64,000 bases of DNA from Candidatus Bathyarchaeota archaeon (GCA_963832745.1 CAWHVC010000002.1:352001-416000); one strand, 5' to 3'; positions 18,862 through 29,323 are shown, counted from the first letter of the stretch. Translations and numbers: made by a program. Notes: generated from the letters alone by a model not told the origin.

Positions 18862-19095
18862 TTACTCTTCAACCATGATTAAAGTTAAAGTAGAACGCAC
18901 CTGATTGATGCTGCGGATTTTGTGAGAAATAGTCTCCTTCATTTCCTCCATCGTATCAGAGTGAACCTTAACTATTAAGTCGTAAACTCCGTAAGAAACG
19001 TAAGCTTCTTCAACGATGCTGATTTCTTTGAGCTGTTTAAGGACTAAGTCTTCGGAACCTGATTCCACGTTAAGCAAAACATAAGCTCTTGGCAT
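18862..19095 (-). CDS. Stand-alone Lrp/AsnC ligand-binding (RAM) domain protein
   Basis: AYVLLNVESG...YGVYDLIVKV...STLTLI. Confidence 0.9.
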   Translation of the reverse strand: MPRAYVLLNVESGSEDLVLKQLKEISIVEEAYVSYGVYDLIVKVHSDTMEEMKETISHKIRSINQVRSTLTLIMVEE

Positions 19096-19188
19096 TTTAT
19101 TCTCCTTCTGCACATATGCACTGCTGGGTAATTAAAGATTTTTACCTACCAATCCATAACCAAGCATCGAAACTTGGCGAAAAAAAGT

Positions 19189-19605
19189 TTAAAGTTTAAG
19201 CGTTTTCTTATAGTCCATAATCATTTGGTCATGCTCAAACGCTAAAGGACCCGGCAAATCTTTAAGGCTAAACAGCTGGATTTCCTGAATCTCACTGTCC
19301 TGCTTTCTGGTTTGTCCACCCACAACTTTCACCACAAAACAGGCCGGGTAATAATCGTACTCCACCTCATCCTTGAAGCCCTGCTCATGATAATCGCCGA
19401 TTTTATAAGCAATTTCAACGTCAAGCCCAGTTTCCTCTTTAACCTCGCGGACACAGGTTTGCTCAACCTCTTCGCCCTGCTCCATTCTGCCGCCCGGCAA
19501 CGCCCAGTACCCCTTAAACGGCAAAGTATCACGTTTAACAAGCAAAATCCTATCCTGCGGGTAAGGAATAATTGCGGTTGCAGTTCTTCCACTATAACGT
19601 TTCAT
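19189..19605 (-). CDS. NUDIX hydrolase
   Basis: Nudix box GG...GE...CVREVKEETG; LAFEH. Confidence 0.93.
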   Translation of the reverse strand: MKRYSGRTATAIIPYPQDRILLVKRDTLPFKGYWALPGGRMEQGEEVEQTCVREVKEETGLDVEIAYKIGDYHEQGFKDEVEYDYYPACFVVKVVGGQTRKQDSEIQEIQLFSLKDLPGPLAFEHDQMIMDYKKTLKL

Positions 19606-19616
19606 CAAACATTCTC

Positions 19617-20444
19617 CTATGACGTTAACTTGTATCTCCAATTAATAATTAGGCTAATAGCAAAAATAATTATTCCCGTGAAAACCACCATGGGCCCCGG
19701 AAACGGCAAGCTAAACCCAAAAATTCCCCACAGCAGCACTCCAGAAAACGCGGCAACAGCACCAAAAATTGAACTTAAAACAGCGTATTTAGCCATGTTT
19801 GAGCTTAAAGTTTTAGCTGCTATCGCCGGTACAATTACCAGAAAGCCAACAAGCAGGGTTCCAACAATTTGAATACCAACCGCTACTACAACGGAAACCA
19901 AAAACAGGTACAGTAGGTTTGTTTTTGCAACGTTGATGCCTTTGGAAACTGCAAGGTCTTCCGAAATCATTGCCAAAACCAGCTTATTGTAAATCATTTT
20001 GGTCAGAAAAATGGCTACAACAGAAATTGCTACCGCAGCAAGGGTTCCTGTGAGCGTTACTTGTGAGATGTCGCCGAAGAGGGCTGCCTCTAGCGCGTCT
20101 AAATTGTCTCCGAAAAGCAGTATACCTATAGCTAAGGCAAGCGTGAACATGGCGCCAACTAAGGCTTCAAAGGAAATTTTTGTTGTCCGCTGGATATGCC
20201 AGATTATTACGGCTGAAGCAAACAGAAAAGCAAAGGCGCCGATGTAGGGGTCAAAGTGGAGAGTTATTCCGATTGCTAAACCTGGGAGGGCAACGTGTGA
20301 GAGGGCGTCGCCTACAAGAGCCATTTTTTCCAAAACCATAAGCGAACCAAGATAGCCTGCGGCGATTCCGACAAAAACCGCAACCACCAAACTGTAAACA
20401 ATTGTCAGGTCTATGATGTTATTTCTCTCCTCTGATTGTTTCAA
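19617..20444 (-). CDS. Metal (Zn/Mn) ABC transporter permease, ZnuB-like; start uncertain
   Basis: GDALSHVALPG motif, LFGDI, multi-TM. Confidence 0.9.
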   Translation of the reverse strand: MKQSEERNNIIDLTIVYSLVVAVFVGIAAGYLGSLMVLEKMALVGDALSHVALPGLAIGITLHFDPYIGAFAFLFASAVIIWHIQRTTKISFEALVGAMFTLALAIGILLFGDNLDALEAALFGDISQVTLTGTLAAVAISVVAIFLTKMIYNKLVLAMISEDLAVSKGINVAKTNLLYLFLVSVVVAVGIQIVGTLLVGFLVIVPAIAAKTLSSNMAKYAVLSSIFGAVAAFSGVLLWGIFGFSLPFPGPMVVFTGIIIFAISLIINWRYKLTS

Positions 20445-21114
20445 CGCAGACTGCTTCGCCGTAGATTAGTTTCTGTGTGGCTTGTTTGGCAATTTCGGCA
20501 GATGGGCCGCAAAAGGTGATGCACTTGTTGATTGCAAGCAGACTGTCTGTGTATTCTTGCACAATGTGGATGTCGTGAGTTATCAAAAATATTGTTATGT
20601 CTTGTGTCTTTTTTAGTTCGTCAAGCATGAGGTAGATGGGTTCTTCGCTGTCCATGTCAACGCCTGTGGTTGGTTCATCCAGAAATAGTACGTTTGGCTT
20701 GTCGTTAAGCGCCCACGCTATTAAGATTCTGCGTAGTTGACCACCAGAAATGACTCCCAGACGCTTGTTTAAAATGTCTTTGTCATGTATCCTGACCAGA
20801 CGCAATGAATCTGTCAGGTCAACGTTTTTTCCCATGGAAAGAAACTCCCTCACCGTCATGGGTACATCTGACACTGAAACATTCTGTGGAACATAGCCGA
20901 TGCGGGTTTTTTCTGTCCACTCAATCTTGCCCGTGTATGGCAAACGGTTAAGTAGCGTGCGGAACAGCACTGATTTTCCTGCACCGTTAGGTCCCAAGAT
21001 TGCTATAGTTGACCCTTTTTTAACGTTAAAGTTTAGGTTTTTTAGTATGATTTGGTTTTGAAGTGTAACATTTAGGTTTGTTACTTTCAGGATGTTCTCG
21101 CCAGTTTGGGTCAT
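20419..21114 (-). CDS. Metal ABC transporter ATP-binding protein, ZnuC-like
   Basis: GPNGAGKS, IGYVPQ, ISGGQ, LDEPT, ITHD. Confidence 0.92.
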   Translation of the reverse strand: MTQTGENILKVTNLNVTLQNQIILKNLNFNVKKGSTIAILGPNGAGKSVLFRTLLNRLPYTGKIEWTEKTRIGYVPQNVSVSDVPMTVREFLSMGKNVDLTDSLRLVRIHDKDILNKRLGVISGGQLRRILIAWALNDKPNVLFLDEPTTGVDMDSEEPIYLMLDELKKTQDITIFLITHDIHIVQEYTDSLLAINKCITFCGPSAEIAKQATQKLIYGEAVCVETIRGEK

Positions 21115-21216
21115 TAACGTCACTTTTTCTAACCCAGCCAAATATAGCTGCTGGGCATAATAGATGGAATATGATTGTACAATTAAGTTTTTTGAAAGCA
21201 CCTGTTATTTGTTCAC

Positions 21217-22833
21217 TTAAGTGGTGCTGTTTGCTAAAACAAGATTTTGGTAGTCGGATTCTGAAAGCCAGCCTTCATCTTTAAGCAAGAACAAACCGTC
21301 TTTAAGGGCTGCTTCAGTCATCAAAATATTGTTTTTTTGGGTTAATGCTTCTATTTGCGCTTCAAACTCTGAGCTTGAGGAAGCTTTCAAACGTACTTTT
21401 TCACCCAAAACTGAGATGCCTCTAAAACGTTCATTGAACAGGTCTTTGATTTTTGCCATGCCCAATGCTCCTTTAAGTTTAGCTGAAAAACCTAAACTGC
21501 CTACCACGGCTGGCGGAAAAACAAAGTAACGTTTAGAGTCAGAATCTGCCCTGCTATAGGCTGTTACGTAAAATGGAACATACATTAGTGCGTTATTTTT
21601 CAGTTTAGGGTCCGATTCAAGACTTACCGGCGTCATGCTTGACAAAATGTTTTCTCGTTGAGCTACAAACTTGTTTAGCTCTTCTAACGCGGGGTGGGTT
21701 AAATTTTCAAGTTTAACGCTTTCTTGTCTGAAAGATTCCTGTTTCTTGTCCCTAAAAGCTTCAAGCGCCACAATTGGTTGGCGTTCAATCTGCATTTTTT
21801 CGTCAAACTCACTCCTTAACTTGAAAGTTTCGTTTGCTTCCTGCTCCGCCAAAGCTTTAAGCTGCCTCTCAACGCTCTTGTGCTGCTTCTTAAACTCGTC
21901 AAGTTCATGCTTTTCTTTCCTAATTTTCTTTTTTAAGCTATCCTCAGAGCGTTTATTGCCTTTGTTTGCTTGACTTCTTGACTGTTTGCTATAATGCTCA
22001 AGTTTTGTTTCTGTTTCTTTGATGATTTTTTCAAGGTGGCTTTTTTGTTTTTCAAGTGGAAGCTTTTCTTTGTCTATGCTTTTTTCTAAACGCTCAACTT
22101 GTTTCTTGTAATCGTGGGTTAGCTTTTCGATTTTTGGATTGCTTATTTCTTTTTGGGCTTTAATTTTGGCTTCAGCTTCTTCCGCAACAGCATTAGATTC
22201 AAAATGGAGCCCTTCAATGTATCCTTTGGAAGTTTTAGAAATCAGTTCCGTTAGCTGTTTTAGTTTTTCTGTTTTTTCCTTAAACATCGACTGCAATGTT
22301 TCAATCTGGTCAACAACCGCTGTTGCCTCAATTTCTTTCAAAACGGGCGGAAGTAAACCCAATGATTGGCCATAAACGTCGGTAGCTTCTTTACGGTAAC
22401 CATTAAATTCTAAAAGAAAATCGCTGTTGGCAATTAAACCCTCACAAGTTAGCTCCTTCTGGTTTAGCGTCTGCTGAAAACTCATTCGGTAATTGGCTAA
22501 AAACTGAAGATAATTCTCACGTATCTTAAAGCTTGCTTCGAAATCTTTAATGACAAATTCGGACTGAGTTGCCTCGTAATGTGACCATACATAGCTGGAT
22601 TTGTTTAAGCCATCAAAAACGTACGTAGAGCCTTCCCGAACAATAAGCCAAAGGGGATAACCCACTTTTATGATAAATGCGATTTTTTCTTTCTTGTTGG
22701 TTAATCCGCCGTTTTTTCGTTCAAGCTCTGAGAGTGCAAAGATTGCGGCTGATTCAGCTTCGCTGCTAATTGTCTCCCTTCGTTTTTCTGGTTGGACTGC
22801 AAAAGGCAAAGCAAGCTGCTTAGGGGTCGGCAT
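21217..22833 (-). CDS. Large hypothetical protein with a central coiled coil
   Basis: ~540 aa; long K/E/Q-rich heptad region flanked by globular segments. Confidence 0.8.
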   Translation of the reverse strand: MPTPKQLALPFAVQPEKRRETISSEAESAAIFALSELERKNGGLTNKKEKIAFIIKVGYPLWLIVREGSTYVFDGLNKSSYVWSHYEATQSEFVIKDFEASFKIRENYLQFLANYRMSFQQTLNQKELTCEGLIANSDFLLEFNGYRKEATDVYGQSLGLLPPVLKEIEATAVVDQIETLQSMFKEKTEKLKQLTELISKTSKGYIEGLHFESNAVAEEAEAKIKAQKEISNPKIEKLTHDYKKQVERLEKSIDKEKLPLEKQKSHLEKIIKETETKLEHYSKQSRSQANKGNKRSEDSLKKKIRKEKHELDEFKKQHKSVERQLKALAEQEANETFKLRSEFDEKMQIERQPIVALEAFRDKKQESFRQESVKLENLTHPALEELNKFVAQRENILSSMTPVSLESDPKLKNNALMYVPFYVTAYSRADSDSKRYFVFPPAVVGSLGFSAKLKGALGMAKIKDLFNERFRGISVLGEKVRLKASSSSEFEAQIEALTQKNNILMTEAALKDGLFLLKDEGWLSESDYQNLVLANSTT

Positions 22834-22960
22834 TGGATCTTCACGCAAATTATAGCTTACTTGTTTTTTAAAACTTCCCTTTATCCTCGTTTTGACCTTA
22901 AATCGTTTAAGTGTTAAAGCAGATATACACGTTCTCTCTCAAATACTTCAAGGGCGGCAA

Positions 22961-23479
22961 ATGTTGAGAAAGAGACTTGCTGTTATTATTCTTGCAGTTT
23001 TGATAATAGTTTCTGTTATGACTGTTTATTTTTCAGAAGCATCTGTTAACTATTGGGTTGTACCTTTTCAGATTAAACTTGTCGATAACAGTTGGTATTC
23101 AAGCGAATTTTTTGATGATAGCACTGGCTCTCCTGGTAGTTTCGTGCAAATTCACGCAGTTAACAAAGGCTTATTTGATGCCTCATTTTACGTAATAGTC
23201 AAATTAACAAACGCAAGCTTTACCGAGAAACCCTTCGAAGAAGCCCAATTAATAGATAGCCATCAACTTAAACTGCCGTATACTCTACATGCAGGTGAAG
23301 AAACTAACTCAACCATCATTTTCTCAATAGATGACCCAGCAAACTGGTTTGAGATAACCGTTACGCTCGAGTCGAATCAATGGTTTTTGCGTTCCACGGA
23401 ATCTAATTGGGCAGGACAAAGTAGTTTTAGGTACGGACAGGCGGAAAATAATACTTGGATACCAAGTATGGTTAACTAA
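22961..23479 (+). CDS. Hypothetical secreted/membrane-anchored protein
   Basis: MLRKRLAVIILAVLIIVSV signal/TM, then a beta-rich domain. Confidence 0.7.
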   Translation: MLRKRLAVIILAVLIIVSVMTVYFSEASVNYWVVPFQIKLVDNSWYSSEFFDDSTGSPGSFVQIHAVNKGLFDASFYVIVKLTNASFTEKPFEEAQLIDSHQLKLPYTLHAGEETNSTIIFSIDDPANWFEITVTLESNQWFLRSTESNWAGQSSFRYGQAENNTWIPSMVN

Positions 23480-23496
23480 GCTGGTCATCGTCCATT

Positions 23497-24288
23497 TTAG
23501 GTGCCGTTGAAGAACGATTCCAGTTTGGAGGTTGGTCCTGCTTTTCTTAGGATTTCAGCGCATTTTTTGGGGTCCAACTCTTTAAACTCTAAACCCATAC
23601 TCGTCAATAGCGCTTGCACGTCTTTACCGAGACTCGGTGCTACGAGAACGCCGCGGATTTGCCTGTCAGCTTTTTGCTTGATGGCTTCAATGTACTTTGA
23701 GAGTTGTAGCACGGCTTCTTTGTTTGCGGTTTTGCGTTTAACTTCAATAACGACTAGTCTGCCTGCTTTGTCCATGCCGTAAACATCTACAAACCCTGGT
23801 TCAACCTTTTTTTCCCAACTTATCGGTTTGAACCCGTCCTCAATCAACTCGGGTCTAAATAGAATTGCCCTGTGCATGTCTTCTTCGCTGGCGTTAAGAA
23901 TGAAGTCGCCCGCATCTAAAAGGGTAATTGATGAGACCATGTAGATTTTGGTGAATTGAACTTTTACGTTTTCTTTAGGCTTTTGGCGGACAGCGTGAAC
24001 TTCCAGCATGTCATCTTTTAGTTGCGCGTGGAAAATGCTGCCTGAAGGTTGCCAGTTAACCGGTTCATAACCGGTTGGACGGTGAACAAGAAGGCTCCCA
24101 TCGGCTTTGATGATTAAGAGCCGTTCACCCAGTTCCAACTTGGAGCTTGCCCTTCCAACGTAATCCACTTTACAGTTACCCGCGACGATTAGAGTTCTTC
24201 GTTGAACAAACGCTTTTTCAATTATTACTTTGGCGTCTTCAAGGGTGGGTTCCACAAGCACAGAGAGTTTGTTGTTTGGTTGCTGCAT
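23497..24288 (-). CDS. nucS: Endonuclease NucS (EndoMS, mismatch repair)
   Basis: C.VDYVGRASS.LELGERLLIIKADGSLLVH, PVNWQP, VDVYG.D, IEVKR, QLSKY. Confidence 0.95.
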   Translation of the reverse strand: MQQPNNKLSVLVEPTLEDAKVIIEKAFVQRRTLIVAGNCKVDYVGRASSKLELGERLLIIKADGSLLVHRPTGYEPVNWQPSGSIFHAQLKDDMLEVHAVRQKPKENVKVQFTKIYMVSSITLLDAGDFILNASEEDMHRAILFRPELIEDGFKPISWEKKVEPGFVDVYGMDKAGRLVVIEVKRKTANKEAVLQLSKYIEAIKQKADRQIRGVLVAPSLGKDVQALLTSMGLEFKELDPKKCAEILRKAGPTSKLESFFNGT

Positions 24289-24498
24289 TAGGTTTCGCCT
24301 GTAATAGACAGTTGAATGGTACATAAAATTTATTGAATTTTTCCCGCGGCAACTTGTTTACGGCTTGCTTTTTGAACAATCTAATTTTCTAGCTAATGTT
24401 TGTATGTTATTCATATGATGCTATAAAAAGTATTAAATACTTATAGCAAGCAAAAAGGGCTTTCGAGGTTTCAATCTAAACACTGTGGGAGAAAAAAG

Positions 24499-26784
24499 AT
24501 GGGAACTGAATTATTATTATGGGAACAATATGGACTTTATGCAGTAATTGGAGTTGCAATAGCTGCATTAATCTACGCAATAATTCTTTCAAAACAAGTG
24601 TTCAAAGAACCAACGGGCTTTGGAAAAGTCACCGAAGTCTGGAGCGGCATCAAGTCTGGGGCAAACGCGTATCTGCGAACCCAGATGCGCTCAATAATAC
24701 TATTTGTTGGAATCTTGGGTATTTTCCTGTATCTGTCGGCTGCACTGGCGAACTATGACTGGGCAATAACGGTCGGCAGAGTCGGCGCATTCTTGATGGG
24801 GGCCTTCTTTTCAGCCATGGTCGGCTACATTGGAATGAACATGGCGGTTCAAGGAAACATCCGCGTTTCAGAAGCATCAAAGAAGGGCTTTAGGGAAGCA
24901 CTAAAAATCGCTTACCGCACAGGGACAATCACAGGCATGCTTACAGACGGTTTAGGCTTGCTTGGCGGAACAATAATTTTCTTAATCTTTCTGCGTGATG
25001 CACCAGAAGTTCTTTTAGGCTTTGGCTTTGGAGGTACCCTTCTGGCTTTGTTCATGCGTGTAGGCGGAGGAATCTACACTAAAGCTGCAGACGTAGGCGC
25101 AGATTTGGTTGGTAAAGTAGAAAAAGGCATTCCCGAAGATGACCCAAGAAACGCTGCTGTAGTAGCAGACCTAGTAGGCGACAATGTTGGCGACTGCGCA
25201 GGTATGGCGGCAGACATTTTCGAATCTTACGAGGTAACAATGGTTTCTGCGATGCTGCTGGGTTTAGCGTTAGCACCATTTGATTATAAATGGATTGTTT
25301 TTCCACTTCTCATACGAGGCATTGGAGTCATAAGCACAATCGTCGGTACTTACGCAGTTACTATTTGGCCTGACCGACTCACCAAAGGCAACGCGTTTAA
25401 AGCCATGGATTTATCGTATGACCTTTCAAGTATCATAACTGGCATCGCCATCTTCCTGCTTGCAGTATTTTACGTTCAAGACATCCGCGTCTTCATCGCC
25501 GTAATAATGGGTTTAGTCTTGGCTATTAGCTTCAATAAACTCGCAGAATACTTCACAAGCGCTGACAAGAAACCAACATTAAGTGTTGCAGCCTCATCCA
25601 GAACCGGAACAGCCACAGTAATCCTGCGAGGTTTAGCGTTAGGTTTTGAAAGCACAGTCTGGACTGCCCTTGTAATAGCGTTTGCAATAGTGATTTCTGT
25701 CATCATCTTTAGCGGTGCAGGTATAGGCTTTGCAATGTACGGCGTCGCATTAGCAGGCATAGGCATGTTAACACTTACCGGAAACAACGTTGCCATGGAC
25801 ACTTTTGGCCCAATCTCAGACAACGCAAACGGCATCGGCGAAATGGCTGGTCTCCAAGGAAAGCCACGGCAAATTCTTGCAGACCTTGACGCTTCAGGAA
25901 ACACAACAAAAGCCATAACAAAAGCAATCGCCATAGCCTCAGCCGTTATCGCCGCAGTTTCACTGTTCTCAGCTTTCACCGAAACAATACCCGGAGTAAG
26001 CCTTGACATGGCAACTGATCCATTAGTATTTGTCGGCTTACTTGTTGGTGCATCATTGCCGTTCCTGTTTAGCTTCATGAATATACGAGCTGTAAGCAGA
26101 GCAGCAGAAAAAATCATCGAAGAAGTGCGTGTCCAATTCCGCAGACCAGGCGTCATGGCTGGCACAACAACCCCCGACTACGCTCGAGTAGTTGCCATCT
26201 GCACTGCATCGGCCCAACGTGAACTTGCCAGTTTAGCCACAATTGCTATACTATCACCGCTACTCGTAGGCGTCTTGTTAGGTGCACCTGCATGGGGAGG
26301 TTTCCTTGCCGGAGTCATCCTGACAGGTCAATTGCTTGCGGTTTTCATGGCAAACTCTGGAGGCGCTTGGGATAATGCAAAGAAAAAGATTGAAGACGGC
26401 TATTACGGCGGCAAAGGCTCTGATGAGCACAAAGCAGCAGTACAAGGCGACACTGTAGGTGACCCACTAAAAGACACAGCTGGACCAGCACTTAACCCAA
26501 TGATTAAAGTGATAAACCTGATATCCCTGCTGTTCGCACCCGTCATAATCAGCTTCAAAGACATGATGGTAATAGACATACCTGGCACAAGCTATGGCAT
26601 TCCACTAGTTTCAATGATTATTTCAATAGCACTCGCAGCAATCATCGGTGCAGCAATATGGTACAGCAAACGAGAAAAAATCGAAATACCCACATTGTCT
26701 CAAGCTCAAGCCGCGCCAGTACTGGAGGAAACAAGCAAACCTGCTTCCTCCTCCACCTCCGCCGCTGTTTCTTCCCCCAAATAG
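24499..26784 (+). CDS. hppA: Membrane-bound H+-translocating pyrophosphatase, K+-independent type
   Basis: DVGADLVGKVE, DNVGD, GNTTKA (Lys marks the K+-independent class), GDTVGDPLKDT. Confidence 0.95.
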   Translation: MGTELLLWEQYGLYAVIGVAIAALIYAIILSKQVFKEPTGFGKVTEVWSGIKSGANAYLRTQMRSIILFVGILGIFLYLSAALANYDWAITVGRVGAFLMGAFFSAMVGYIGMNMAVQGNIRVSEASKKGFREALKIAYRTGTITGMLTDGLGLLGGTIIFLIFLRDAPEVLLGFGFGGTLLALFMRVGGGIYTKAADVGADLVGKVEKGIPEDDPRNAAVVADLVGDNVGDCAGMAADIFESYEVTMVSAMLLGLALAPFDYKWIVFPLLIRGIGVISTIVGTYAVTIWPDRLTKGNAFKAMDLSYDLSSIITGIAIFLLAVFYVQDIRVFIAVIMGLVLAISFNKLAEYFTSADKKPTLSVAASSRTGTATVILRGLALGFESTVWTALVIAFAIVISVIIFSGAGIGFAMYGVALAGIGMLTLTGNNVAMDTFGPISDNANGIGEMAGLQGKPRQILADLDASGNTTKAITKAIAIASAVIAAVSLFSAFTETIPGVSLDMATDPLVFVGLLVGASLPFLFSFMNIRAVSRAAEKIIEEVRVQFRRPGVMAGTTTPDYARVVAICTASAQRELASLATIAILSPLLVGVLLGAPAWGGFLAGVILTGQLLAVFMANSGGAWDNAKKKIEDGYYGGKGSDEHKAAVQGDTVGDPLKDTAGPALNPMIKVINLISLLFAPVIISFKDMMVIDIPGTSYGIPLVSMIISIALAAIIGAAIWYSKREKIEIPTLSQAQAAPVLEETSKPASSSTSAAVSSPK

Positions 26785-26827
26785 TTTAAAAACCGCCGCA
26801 TCCGCTCCATAACATCGTGAAGACATA

Positions 26828-27388
26828 TTGAACAGCTGGAGCAAAAAACGTAAAGTAATAAAATGCTACAACGCCACATCAAACAGCTATAACGAACAAT
26901 ATGCAGAAGAGCAAGACGCCAAATATAACGCAGCACAAAAAGCCCTCAACATCGACAAAGCTGTTTACAACGCTGTTTTAGATGTAGGATGCGGCAGCGG
27001 ACTCTTTTTCTCTAATATAACCTGCAAAGCTCAAACTGTTGTAGGCGTTGATGTTTCACATAAACTGTTGCTTAAAGCCAAAACACAAGCTAAACCATTG
27101 GGCAACGTGCATGTTGTTCAGGCAGATGCTGACCATTTACCCTTCAAACCCGCCGTTTTCGACGCTATTTTTTCTTTCACGGTTCTTCAGAACATGCCCA
27201 GACCCAAACAGACACTGCTTGAGTTTAAACGGCAAACTAAAACAGGCGGCAAACTCGTAGTAACCGGTTTAAAGAAGGCCTTTGAATTGACCGCTTTTTT
27301 GGATTTGTTTGAAGCCGTCGACCTGCGGATGCTTAATTTTGTTGATGACGACGACTTAAAATGTTACATCGCCGTAACCACAAGTTAA
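26828..27388 (+). CDS. Class I SAM-dependent methyltransferase (type 11)
   Basis: VLDVGCGSG, ADADHLPF. Confidence 0.9.
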   Translation: MNSWSKKRKVIKCYNATSNSYNEQYAEEQDAKYNAAQKALNIDKAVYNAVLDVGCGSGLFFSNITCKAQTVVGVDVSHKLLLKAKTQAKPLGNVHVVQADADHLPFKPAVFDAIFSFTVLQNMPRPKQTLLEFKRQTKTGGKLVVTGLKKAFELTAFLDLFEAVDLRMLNFVDDDDLKCYIAVTTS

Positions 27389-28665
27389 CTGCTCAGCATC
27401 TGCACATCCACTACTTGACCGTTGTCAGCAAAAACGCCAACCGTTAACGTGTTTATGCCGCCAGTGTAAGTTCTGTCAAGCCTCAGCACAACGTACCAGT
27501 AAGGAATCAGCCCTGTTGAACCCGAACGTGGGTGTGGTGCAAGTTGAACAGAAACTGGTTGATCCAGAACGTTGAACCCTGTGATTTGTTGATTATCAAT
27601 AGTCCACGTTAAGGTTTTGGCGTAGTCTTTGGCGATTTGTACTGCTTGTTCTTGAGTCACGTTAAGGTTTGTGCTGCCGATAGTGAAGAGGAAGTAGCCA
27701 TCAGTTAACTCAGTTAACACACGGTTTTCGAATACCATGTCTAAGCTTTTAGAGGGGTAATCTATGCCTTGCTCGGTATAGGTCCATGTTACTCTACCGT
27801 TGCCTGAGCTGTCATCAACAATTTTTAGCTTCAAGTTGCCTTGTGTCATCTCGTTACTGCCTGAAGAACTTGCCATTTCCAAAAGCCCCGCCATGTCATC
27901 AAGGTAAGTGTCGCCTGAATAGAGTTTATAACGGTTTAGTGTGGCTTTAGCGTTTTCAATTATGCTGCTGGGTTGGTTTTGGATTTGGATTGGAGTGCTT
28001 TCGATTGAGTTTAACTGGTAACGGCTAAAATGGTTGTTTCTAAACCGGAAGTAACAGTCCATGTTGCTTGTGCTGCTTGTAAGCGAGTACCGTATGACTT
28101 CTTCTGCTGCGCCAATGTCTGAACGATACTCAAGCGTATTGCTAAGCAGGCTGGTTTTGTAACTGTTAACGTCAATTTGGGCAACATCACCCAGCAATGA
28201 GGTAACCTTGTTTGTGCCTACACCCCAAGAAAGCAACTGCTGGTTCTCCTGTTCTAACGCTTTCTGATTTCCCGCTATCTGGTTCAAGTTAACAAACGCC
28301 AAAGTGGTTAAGCTTGCCAAAAGAATAATGCAAACAAGCAGCCCAGCAAAAAGCATCTTCCACCTAAACGGCAAACCAAATCGCCGTTTAATCTGAATTT
28401 CAGGCACATCTTCCACATTTTTCATGGCTGCAACGGTGGCTTCCCCAAAGCTTGATAGCCGATATTTTCCGTCATCTGACTTGATTATTAATTCACCAAG
28501 GCTCTCTAAATGATAGGTTAAATGTGAAGTAGAGACGCCGATAGTGTCTACCATTTCCATGAACGTCATGGGTTTTGCTGCAAGTAAACGGAGGATTTTG
28601 CGGCGTGCGGGATGCTTAAGTGAAGTAAACATGGTTGAATAGATTTCTTCTTCAGTGCCTGCCAA
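27385..28665 (-). CDS. Membrane-anchored wHTH regulator with a large extracytoplasmic domain
   Basis: LKHPARRKILRLL...HLTYHLESL N-terminal wHTH; single TM LFAGLLVCIILLASL; S/T/N-rich C-terminus. Confidence 0.85.
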   Translation of the reverse strand: MAGTEEEIYSTMFTSLKHPARRKILRLLAAKPMTFMEMVDTIGVSTSHLTYHLESLGELIIKSDDGKYRLSSFGEATVAAMKNVEDVPEIQIKRRFGLPFRWKMLFAGLLVCIILLASLTTLAFVNLNQIAGNQKALEQENQQLLSWGVGTNKVTSLLGDVAQIDVNSYKTSLLSNTLEYRSDIGAAEEVIRYSLTSSTSNMDCYFRFRNNHFSRYQLNSIESTPIQIQNQPSSIIENAKATLNRYKLYSGDTYLDDMAGLLEMASSSGSNEMTQGNLKLKIVDDSSGNGRVTWTYTEQGIDYPSKSLDMVFENRVLTELTDGYFLFTIGSTNLNVTQEQAVQIAKDYAKTLTWTIDNQQITGFNVLDQPVSVQLAPHPRSGSTGLIPYWYVVLRLDRTYTGGINTLTVGVFADNGQVVDVQMLSS

Positions 28666-28768
28666 CTAAACCACTTTACGGTATATCAAATCAGTTATGT
28701 ATAAAACTTGTTGAAAAAAGATTGTTTTTTGAAACTTTTTTGGTTTAGCAGACTGAATGTTAGGTTTA

Positions 28769-28818
28769 GTTAAGAAAGTTTGACTTTTCATAACGGCTTT
28801 TAGTCAAGAATTGTTGAC
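28769..28818. promoter_or_regulatory. Two inverted-repeat sites GTYAA-N6-TTGAC (28769-28784, 28803-28818)
   Basis: GTTAAGAAAGTTTGAC and GTCAAGAATTGTTGAC between divergent genes. Confidence 0.5.
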
Positions 28819-28871
28819 GAGAAAATTTTTAGCTTAAAAAAGCTCAAGAAGCATTTGAGGCCTAAAAAGGT

Positions 28872-29102
28872 ATGATAAGGTATGGGGTGGCAGTGTTCGC
28901 GTTATCATTGTTGGTGCTGCTTTTCTTTGCATTTATCGCAAATGCATTGCCTGACTCAACGGCGCCAATTAGCACGCCTTCTGATGACCTTTCAATAGGC
29001 CAAGTTATCGGATTAACCGTTTCAGTCGGCGTTGCCGTAGCTGGTTTATGGCTGTTTTTTAGGAAACCAAAAAACAAAAAACAATTGATTAGTCAAATTT
29101 AA
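28872..29102 (+). CDS. Small protein with signal peptide and C-terminal TM anchor
   Basis: Two hydrophobic segments, basic tail RKPKNKK. Confidence 0.6.
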   Translation: MIRYGVAVFALSLLVLLFFAFIANALPDSTAPISTPSDDLSIGQVIGLTVSVGVAVAGLWLFFRKPKNKKQLISQI

Positions 29103-29323
29103 TCACCTTAAAAAGCAATAAAATATGATAAAAATAGTGCTTGCTTAAGTTGACCTTTTTCAAATTTTAAGAAAATATTTCTTATCCAAAATCTTCATGT
29201 TTGAATTTGAAGTTTTATCAAGCAATATTTATATCAAAAGCCCGCCCAAAGACATACAACAAAACAAGTTAGGCTCAAGGCTCAATAGTAAAAGCCTTTT
29301 AGGAATTCTTTGGGGGTAAAAAT

